Assembly: GCA_943704425.1 (NCBI GenBank)
Contig: CALSCP010000463.1
Span: 1 to 49,733 of the forward strand
Reading direction: 5' to 3'
DNA: 49,733 nt
Source of the DNA: Ministeria vibrans ATCC 50519
Lineage: Eukaryota > Protista > Filasterea
Notes under the pieces: generated by a model
What the model was told of the DNA's origin: nothing
Seen by the model: only the letters and a program-made list of their open reading frames with translations
The model's database searches: none
Translations under genes and position numbers: made by a program
Shown: positions 40,647-49,733 of the stretch, one piece after another
Layout: each line of letters opens with the position of its first letter
Position numbering within the stretch: position 1 is the first letter of the stretch

Positions 40647-43600
40647 ATGAACTCCAGTCCAATGCGCGCCTCGTCGCTGTCGGGTGCAACAGCGTCGGCA
40701 TCGTCATCGGCGCTGGAGACCCATCGACGCCTGCGTGGTGATTTGTCGCAGTCAACACGGTCACCCAACGTCAGCTTTTCGCGAAATGCCTCTGCGGCCA
40801 CATCCGCAGCGTATGACGAGACACGCACCACGCGACGCACTACACGAGTAACGACCACCACTGTTGGGCGCGACGGCGAGCCGCCGGGCGCTGCCGCAAA
40901 ATCGGCGGTAGCAACGGCGCAACGTCATCGTTTGTCGTTTGTCAGGGAAGTGTGGCGTGCCCTCGCCACTTGCGACCCCGCTCTACTGCCGCCCACTGCC
41001 GCTCCCATTGGCGACGATCCCCAGACGGTGTGCACCGCCTCCGCAAGTGGCCAGGACGAAGTCAACGAGATGGCATTGGCGCGCGTCGAGGCGCAATTAC
41101 GCGGCGCCACTATGCAACGAATGCGGCTTCTGTCAAAAGCGCTGGGCGACGTTGAGCGCGAACGTGACGCCCGTGCCGAACTCGAGGCGCAACACGACCG
41201 TGTTCTCTCCATGGTTGACAGTGCCGTCGAGGGCCAGACCGATTCTCGCAGGCGCGCCGCTGAAAACGCCTCAGCGCAGGCCGACCTGCAAAACGCGCAA
41301 GACCAAGTTCGCAAACTCCAGCGCGAACTCGCAGCAGCTCGTCAGCGTTCCGCTCTGCCATCATCCGCTCATGATCAGTCACAGAGCGAGCATGGGCGTG
41401 CTTTGGAGCGTCGATGTGCTCAGCTCGAGGCAGAGGTGCTGGGAAAAACTCAACGCGCCGACGACGCCGAAGACAACGCCGCACAGCTCCGCGCTCAAGT
41501 CGCACAGCTACGCCATCAACTTGAGGTTGCTTCCACGTCTCGTTCCGATCTTTCTTCTAGTCGTTATCACCACGACGATGACGAGGAGGAGGACGACGAC
41601 GACGACACACACGCGCAACAACTGAGCGAATTGCGCAGTCAAGTGTCACGTCTCGAGAGGCAAGTGATGGACGCTGATCGTCGTATTGTCGCTGCGCAAG
41701 AGGCTGCGGCCGCTTCAGAACGTACACGGTTTACAGCGGTGCGCACAGTCGAGGAGCTGACGCGCGAGCTGGACCAACTGCGCGAACGCAACGACGAGAG
41801 ACTGCGCTCGAGCGAGTATGAGGTGAACACACGCCTGCAAATGGCACATAATGCGTCGGGCGCGGTCGAACGCCGTGCAACCGAAGTGCAGGACCAACTT
41901 CACGCGACGCAGAGGACCAATGCAGAGTTGCTGCGGGACCTGCAAGAGGCGCGTGTCGCAGCGGAAGAGAGTGCTCGCGAAAGAGTGCAACAGCAGTCGC
42001 GACTCGACAGGTTGCGCGACGAACTGGCAGCGGTGACGCGTGCTCTGGAGCAGGCGCAGACAGGCGCGCGGGCGGCCGAAGAGCGAGCAGGACAGTGTGA
42101 GGATGAGCTGGTGGTGGCGCGACGAGAAGGAGAGGCGGTGCGCGAGGCGTGTGACAAGGCGGAACGTCGCGTCGCTCAGCTGACCGAGTCGCTCGCGAAC
42201 GAACGAGCGGAGCATGGAAAGCACAAGAAGGAGCGTGGCGAGGCACGCGAGGCCGTGAAGGAACTCGAAGAGGGCCAGGCACGACGGGATCTTGAGTTGG
42301 AGGCGGAGCGTGTGCGTATTGAGGCGCTCGAGGGAGAACTGCGCGCGCTGTCGGAGGGTAAGGCACGCGCGGAGGAGGAGGCGCGCACCGCCGCGCGACT
42401 GGTGGAGCAGCTGGAAGGGGAGCTGCGCGGTGCCAAGCGACAGGTCGGGGACTTGCGGGAGGCCGTGGCGGACGCCGATGGGGTGACGGAGCGATTGGGA
42501 CGCGAAGCGGAACGGGCGACGGGACTGGACCGGGCACTGGGCGACGCGCAGGAGTCGGTGACACAGCTGCAACGTGAGCTCAAGCAGACGTCGGGTGAGC
42601 GGACGCGACTTGACAAGGAGTGTCGACGACTCGCGAGCGAGGTAGAGCAGTTGCGTGCGGAGCTTGGCGAGGCAGTCAGCAAGGTCGACCGTCTGGGGGA
42701 GTCATCGCGAGCGTCGCGTAAGAACGGCGAGGAGATGCAGAAGCGTGTGCGGGCACTCACGGACGACCTGGAGAAGTCTCGACGCACAGCACAAGCGCGT
42801 TATGGCGAGTGTGGACGCTTGCAGGACGAGCTGACGGAGACGCAGGAGTCGCTGCAGGAGGCAGAGGCGCGCTGCGAGCGGGTGCAGGAGGAGATGGAGC
42901 AGACACGACAAGCACTGGAGGAGAACATGGCTGCATTGGAGCGAGAGAAGGCGCGTGCCGACGAGTTGGATGCGTGCGTGCAGGAGCAGCGCGAGCAAGA
43001 AGAGCAGGAGCGCGATGCGAGTGCGGCACAGAGTCGCGTGCTCGCGAGACAGGTGGCTGACCTGGAGGAGACGGTGCGCGCGAGAGAAACACAGCTTAGC
43101 ACACTTGAGCGACAGCTGGAACGCCAGACGGGCAAGTTGGAAGAGGTCGAGAAGCGCGCAGAGCAGTTGCAGAAACAGGTATGAGAGAAGAAGAGAAAAA
43201 TTAATACAATGTGGAATGGTTCTCATCATCATTATTATGTTATTTTTTGCCCTAGCATGACTCTGTGTTGGAGCGACTGGACTCGGCGACAGGAGCACTG
43301 GAGGCGGCAAACCGGGAACGGATGGGACTAGAGAGTGAATTGGGGGAGGCACGGGTGCGGATGGACACGCTGGAGGGCGAGCGGGAGCTGAGTGAGGCGG
43401 CTATGGGGCAGTTGCGACATGCGGCAGATGATGCACGACAGCAGATGGAGGAGGAGCAAGCGGCGCATGCGCATGAGATGGCGTATGAGCGGGCGGTGCA
43501 GAGTGAGCGACGTGCGGCTCTTGAGAGTGAGTTGGCGAGCCAGCGTGAGCGAGCGCAGCATCTGGAGCAGCGCGCGAGTGATCTGGCGCGCGAGAATGGA

Positions 43601-44113
43601 CGACTGCGCGAGACGGTGGAGGAGAGTGAGCCGTTGGCGGCGCGTGTGCAGTCTCTGCGCAGCTCACTGCAACGCTCCTCGCAGCACTTTCGGTCGTGTC
43701 GTCTGGCCTACGACGGCGACATGGACACGGACGAGGTGCTCAACAGCACTGCTTCAGCCGTGGAGCGCGACACGCTCGCCGATGCGCTTGAGGACGTCGA
43801 GCGGCTGTCTCCTCATCGTCCCTCCTCACGCAACAACCTCCGCGACAGTCTCAACAACAGTGCGAGTGGTAGTTATCGTCCTCCGCTGGGTGCGTCGCGT
43901 CGTCTCAGCACAGGACCCAGCGGCGTTCGTCCGTCGGCGGGCCTTTCGGCCAGCTTTAGCGGCAGCACCAACAGCGATCGCGCGGGTCCACTGCGTAGCA
44001 GCTCAGTGCGTGCGCGCCATGGGCCTCTCCCTCCCGCCTACACCCGAGGTGACCCTGCTGCCCTGCTTGCTGCGTCGTCTTCGTCAGCGGGTGCCCGTCG
44101 ATCCTACCGTTGA
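40647..44113 (+). CDS. Long coiled-coil protein of unknown function; intron ~43179-43256
   Basis: About 1100 aa rich in E/R/A/Q heptads, with low-complexity Ser-rich ends. No specific family recognised. Confidence 0.8.
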
Positions 44114-44246
44114 AATCCGTCGATCCTACCGGTGGATCGTCTGTTTTGTGTGTTTTTGGTGTGGGTGTCGTTTGAGCAATGAATGTGTGTGTGAAAGGCC
44201 TTTTTGTTGTTTTATAAATATTATAATGATAATAATTCCAATTCTC

Positions 44247-45683
44247 TCAACAAGGAGTGCTATGCCCTCCGGCCCAACCGAGAATGCACGCGCCAAACGT
44301 GTCTTGGGGCGCCACTCGGTTGCCAAAGGCCGGTCCGGTGTTGCAGTACGAGCTATAGTGCCTGAGAGCGAAACGGAGAAGGGAAGAAGTTGAGATTGAA
44401 CGAGTGATCGGGCTTGCTTTTCCTACCAGTACGAATGACTGATGTTGGCTGAGCGTGCGGCGTTAAACTGGTCGCAGCCAAGCTCAGTGCCAAAGGTGGG
44501 GACATTCCACTTGTGGCTGAGTGCCTGCATGTTCTTGATGTCGTGCGGAGGAGTGCCGTAGTGCCAGGCGTAGAAGCAGTTGTTGGACTGGCGAATGTAG
44601 TCGAGTGCGTGTTTGGAGATAAATTCGTGTCCACCTGTGAGGTCGGTGACCCACGCGGGAAGCAGCGACGCCTCGCCAACGTCCATGACACTGACACTCA
44701 TGTCGGGCACAATGGCCGTGATGGCCTGGGCACACGCGACCCAAGTGTCGAACATGGCAGTGCGGTGGATCGTCATGGGCTCGTTCATGAGCTCCGCTGC
44801 AAAGGCCGATGGGTGTGATGCAACGGCCGTCGCCATGAGACGCCAGAAACGCACAAAGTCATCGCGACCGGGTCCCTCCTTGACCATGTACGTCATGCTC
44901 TCCTGTTGAATGGTGGTGAAGCCAATGCCACCGGGGTTGCCACCGTCGTTGAGTGCCTTGCAGCAGTCGTTGATGAGATTGTAGTTGGCGTCACCTGCGT
45001 GCTCTTGCCACTTGGTCTCGTTGGTGCCGCACACGTCGTAGCCGGCCGTCTCCTTGATGCGCAGCTGCGGCACCAGGTCGTAGGGAAAGCCCGTCTCCAG
45101 CGGCTTCCCTATGAGCTGCGGTGCAGCCTTCTTTTGAAACCACATCGGCATGCCATTGCCACAGCCGGCGCCCCCGACCATGTCACCGTGATTATCGAGC
45201 ATCACGTTGATGTTGTTGGCGTCGGTGAGGTTCAGCAGGGCGTGGAGACGTGCAAGGAAGGCGGAATCGAGGGCGTCTTCGTCGCGAGGCTGTGCACCCG
45301 CCCACACGACGCCGAGGCGGATGAAGTTGTAGCCGAGCGACTTGATATGGTCGACGTCAGCCTGATTGAAGGTAAAGCAGGTCGTGCAGTTGCCGTGCGC
45401 CTGGCACACGGCGTCGGTGACGTCGTTGCAGATGGAGCTGCCTGTGCAGAGAGAAGGGACGATGAGACGCGTTGCTGCGAAACACTGCAGGCGAACCTGT
45501 CACGGCCGGCAGCCATGGGGGTCCCTTGACGACGACGTTGGGGCCGCCCAGCACGATGCTGGCGTTGGTGGCGGCGACCACAAAGCGAGTGTTGTCGATG
45601 CGGACGGTACGCGGAACGGACGCGTCCGCCGACATCACCAGCGCCAGGGCAAGCGTCGCGTACCTCACTAGGTGATGTTTCAT
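44247..45683 (-). CDS. Secreted glycoside hydrolase family 5 (endoglycoceramidase-like)
   Basis: Signal peptide, GPNVVVKGPPW, GYNFIRLGVVW, MLDNHGD, ELMNEP (acid/base), FGTELG (nucleophile). Three exons. Confidence 0.85.
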
Positions 45684-45841
45684 GAAGAACTTGACCGTAA
45701 AATAAATGAGGCACAGAGATAGATGTGATATAGAATGNNNNNTAAAGAGTCCAAACTACTTATTAATTTAATTTCATTCGGCGGCCTCTTCCCCTTACCC
45801 TATTTTCTTTTTGATACCTCACATAAACTGAAGAAGCGACG

Positions 45842-48244
45842 ATGACATTGAAAGCCGTTCTGCTGATTGGTGGACCTATCAAAGGTTGTTCGTTTCTCAC
45901 TCTCTCTCAAACACTCTCCCTCTCGACTTGACACGCTCCTCCTTCGTTCCAGGAACCCGCTTCAGACCGCTCAGTCTGGAGATGCCCAAGCCGCTCTTTC
46001 CACTCGGTACGTTGCAGTCTGAAACGCAAACACTGTCTCTCTTCTCCTTCTTGTTCTCTTCTCCCGTTTCGTCTTGCATTTATACCCTCTCTGCAGCAAA
46101 CCAAGCGATGATTCAGCATCATGTCAACGCGTGTCTGTTGGTGCCCGAGCTGGCAGAAATCATTCTTGTGGGCTTCTTTGAGGAGTCGGTGATTCGGCCG
46201 CTGCTCAATCTCATCCGCAAAGACACCGCGGCCAAGCAAGTCTCCATCTCGTAAGCGCACGTGGGTGTGTGGGGGGAGAGGAGAAAAAATGGAGAGGAGG
46301 GTGAGAGGTGGACAGAGACACACAGAGAGAGGAGAGACAGAGACATGAGGCAAAGGGACGAAGCGATAGGGAGAGAGAGACCAAGTGATAGAGTGTGCGT
46401 GTGAGAAAGAGAGAGAGAGAGACGAAGGGATACAACGTGATCGAGAGAAGACAAAAGGTCAAGTGATAGAGGGAGGGAAAGGAAAAAAGGAGAGGATGGT
46501 GAGAGGTGGACAGACACGCGCAGAGAGACAGAGATACAGAGACAAGAGACGAAGCGATAGGGAGTGAGACGAAGTGACAGAGTGTGTGTGTATGTGAGAG
46601 AGAGAGAGACGAAGGGATACAAAGTGATCGAGAGTAGGCAAAAGGCCAAGTGATGGAGAGGAGGGAGAAAGAACAAGAGCAAGAGGAGAAAGCGCATAAT
46701 GAGAACAAACTGACACCAACAAAAAAATTGAATTACATTTTAATTATAGGTATTTGCGGGAGCACCAGGCATTGGGAACGGGCGGCGGTCTCTACCATTT
46801 TCGTGACCAGATTCTACGCGGCAAGCCCGAGGCGTTCTTTGTGCTGCACGCCGACGTATCGTGCACCTTTCCGTTGCAAGCACTGCTCAAGTCGCACCGA
46901 AGCAAGCCTGATACGCACGCGACCCTGTTGGGCACGCACGTCACACAGGAGCGCTCACACAATTTTGGGTGTATTGTCGAGGACCCAGACACACACACGG
47001 TGTTGCACTACGCAGAGAAACCCGAGACGTTTGTGTCGACCCTTGTCTCCGCCGGTGTGTTCCTCTTTGCGCCCGCCATCTTCGACGACATTGTCGACGC
47101 CGCGACACACAAGAAGACAGACTCGTCCGAGTTTGACAAGGAGTAAGAAATAAGGAAGCAAAGGAGGGGTGGGAAACGTATGAATCGGAATTTGTGTTTT
47201 GAAGAGACCAAGACGAGGTGTGCAGCGAAGCGATTGCTTCGACTGACTTTATCCGCCTTGAGAAGGAGGTGTTTGTGCCTCTGGCGGGCACGGGAAAGCT
47301 TGCGGTGTACACGGCTGATGGATTCTGGTCGTCCATCAAGAACCCAACGTACGAACAGAGAGAGGAGGGGAGGAGGGAGAAAGAAACAAAGTGATATAGA
47401 TAGGAACAGATTTAGAGGTAATAGATTTTGACTGCCTCACTGAATTGTGATGTACTGTCATTTCGTTCAGGAGCACCCTGTCTTGCAATGCCTTCTATCT
47501 GGATCAGCTGCGACACTCATCGCCCGACGCACTTGCAACAGGGCCTCACATTACAGGGAATGTCATCATTGACCCATCTGCTGAAATTGATCCGTCTTGC
47601 AAAGTAATCCAGCACTTGAATCAAATCTCCACTTGAAATCCTGACACATTTTTATGCAGCTGGGACCAAACGTGTCGATTGGAGCGGGAGTGCGCGTGTG
47701 TGGGGGAGTGCGTATCGCCAACTGCATTGTGCTCGAGGATGCAGTGCTTGACGCCCACTGCTGTCTGCTCAATGCTGTCATTGGCTGGCGCAGCACTGTC
47801 GGCAAATGGGCGCGCGTTGAAGTATATTAGATAGATAGGGAGAAAGGAGGGAGAAAGAAAAGGGATAGAGAGAGAGAAAGAGAGACAGAGAGAGGAGAAA
47901 GAAACAAAGTGATAGAGAGAGAGGGAGAGGAGGGAGGGAGAAAGATACAAGTGATAGAGAGAGAGAGAGAACAAAGTGATAGAGAGGTCATTAATGCGTT
48001 CTGTTTTTTAGGGATTGCCAATGAGTGAGGTGGACAAGAGTAGCCAGTCAATGGGACAGGGAAAGAAGCTCGCGGGAGCCACCATTCTCGGTACACTTCC
48101 TCACACGCTATCCCACTACAACTCATTCAATCTTTTTTTTTAGGTTCCGATGTGACTGTCAGCCCGGAAGTGATTATTCGCAACTGCGTTGTTTTGCCGC
48201 ACAAAGGACTCACCAGCTCACATGCAAACGAAATCCTCTTATAA
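45842..48244 (+). CDS. GMPPA: Mannose-1-phosphate guanylyltransferase alpha subunit
   Basis: KAVLLIGGPIKGTRFRPLS...PKPLFP (the GGP.KGTRFRPLS form is alpha-type), LGTGGGLYHFRDQI, VLHYAEKPETFVS, hexapeptide repeats, VLPHK...NEILL. Confidence 0.93.
46290..46665. repeat. ~200-bp degenerate tandem duplication of GA-rich sequence in a GMPPA intron
   Basis: gagaggtggacaga...gacgaagcgatagggag...gagacgaagggataca...gtgatcgagag...caaaagg(t/c)caagtgat occurs at ~46303 and again at ~46501. Confidence 0.85.
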
Positions 48245-48340
48245 ATGCGCACTTACGATGACTCAAAAAAAAAAGTAGATGTTATAAAAAGGTGCATTAC
48301 AAAAAAAAATACTGTTATGGCAAAGTACGAGATAGCACGG

Positions 48341-49600
48341 TTACAGACCGCCAGAAGAGCGCGAGTACGAAGGGAGAGAGGAGGAGGCAGAGCGAGTAGC
48401 GCGCACGGTAAGCCAGTCAATAAGATCACCCAGGACGGCCTGATAGCCCTCTTCAATGTAAAAGCCATGGTGGCGGTCCGGGTACATCTTGATGGACTTG
48501 TCGGCTGTGTTGGCACGCTCATAGAGCTCGCGCGAACCGGCCGGATCGACGACAAGGTCAGCATCGCCATGTTGCACAAAGAGGGGCACAGACAGCCGAT
48601 GGATGTTCTGCTGGAGAAACTCGGTGGCGTGCTTCATGGCCAGCCCGGCAGCGACACGCATGCCGCCCGAGTACACCAGCTCGTCCCGATGCCAGGTCTC
48701 CTCCAACGAGCGGTCCTTGCACAACTTGCCGTTTCCGCCCTCGGCGGTGGGCAGCCACGGGATGAGCGAGTGCAGAAACTGCGCTGCCTTGACAATGAAC
48801 CACCCCGGCTTGGTCGTCTCATGCGGTCGGATCAGCGGGCACGCGACAGCGGCACCGTCAATCTTTTGTGGGTGACGCAGCGCGTACGTCAGCACTGTGG
48901 TGCCACCAAGGGACGCACCAAAGAGATAAAGAGGCAACGAAAAGCCTTCGGTCCGACGGATATTGTCAATGGCTGCGTCCACGGCGGCCACGAGCTCGTC
49001 AATCGAGTTGAAGTTGCCGTGGATTCCCGTTGACTTTCCATGCCCAGGCATGTCAGGCGCAACAATAATGAAGCCGCTGTCAACAAGCTTGTCCGAGCAC
49101 GATTGCTGCCGTGTCGCGTAAAAGAAGACGAGGAAGACAAATAATGCGTGTTAATCGGGAGAGAAAAGTCAGACAAGACACATACGAAAATCGAGCTGTT
49201 TCCATGGTCGCCGTAACCATGCGCATACACCACAATCCCTTTGACTTCGACGTCCAGCGGCTTCCACACTGTCACGTGCGCAAAGTGGTTGTGCTTGGTG
49301 CGCAGGTACATCTTCTCGCACCGCAACGAGCTGCAAAATGAGAGGGTGTGTGTGCGCGGATGAGTTTGAGTTGGCCTTAAAATACACAAGAGGGCAAATC
49401 GACGTCCAGAACGACTCGCTGCGTTCACATAGGCAGGGCCATAGGTAGACTCGCATACGCGTGAACCCCATCGCGGCAGTTAGACACGCCAGCGAGCACC
49501 AATTCACAGGAGGAGAGTGACACACAAAAACCCCCCAATGCCCAAAACCCCAACCACACCCCTTTTGCACAATAGATCGACACGACACACGAGGCCATCG
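48341..49600 (-). CDS. Monoacylglycerol lipase-like alpha/beta hydrolase (Hydrolase_4); 5' end uncertain
   Basis: VYAHGYGDH, DMPGHGKS, LFGASLGG (nucleophile), QHGDADLVV (Asp), YPDRHH (His). Confidence 0.85.
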
Positions 49601-49733
49601 TCGCCACACGTGTGGACATCACACAGTGCGGTGTGCCAAACGTCTTCAAAGCCCCTCTTTCGAGACTGTACGTTTTTTTTTTCTTTTTTCTTTTTTTTTC
49701 TTTTTTTTTGTTGTCTGACGAGTTTCAAAAAAA

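Noticed and set aside
40647-44113. Calling the coiled-coil protein a myosin tail, SMC or specific centrosomal protein
   Set aside because: Only generic heptad composition is visible, with no diagnostic motif.

Overview
Gene-dense, intron-rich eukaryotic DNA from a unicellular eukaryote. The iRhom, AKTIP and GMPPA orthologue-like genes and the (CT)n/(CA)n-filled introns suggest a holozoan such as a choanoflagellate, but this is inference. About 19 spliced or intronless protein-coding genes plus a probable snoRNA host gene lie in 49.7 kb, many as head-to-head pairs. Recognisable housekeeping genes: DDX41, WTAP, PHB1, LTO1-like, S10 carboxypeptidase, PSMA1, AKTIP, GMPPA, an MGLL-like lipase and a GH5 hydrolase. 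Unusual architectures: (1) an EF-hand-like iRhom that retains the Ser/His protease dyad; (2) a polyproline + WH2-like protein resembling the plant CHUP1 actin-polymerising domain; (3) a BAR-PH protein ending in two TubC_N-like docking domains; (4) ten IQ motifs fused to a PLP cysteine desulfhydrase/Egt2-type lyase, divergent from a FYVE-containing myosin-I; (5) a divergent flavin monooxygenase / FAD-oxidase-methyltransferase pair; (6) an intronic U25/snR56-like box C/D snoRNA. All family calls were made by eye and from memory, with no searches run. Exon boundaries were inferred from GT-AG signals and reading frame.
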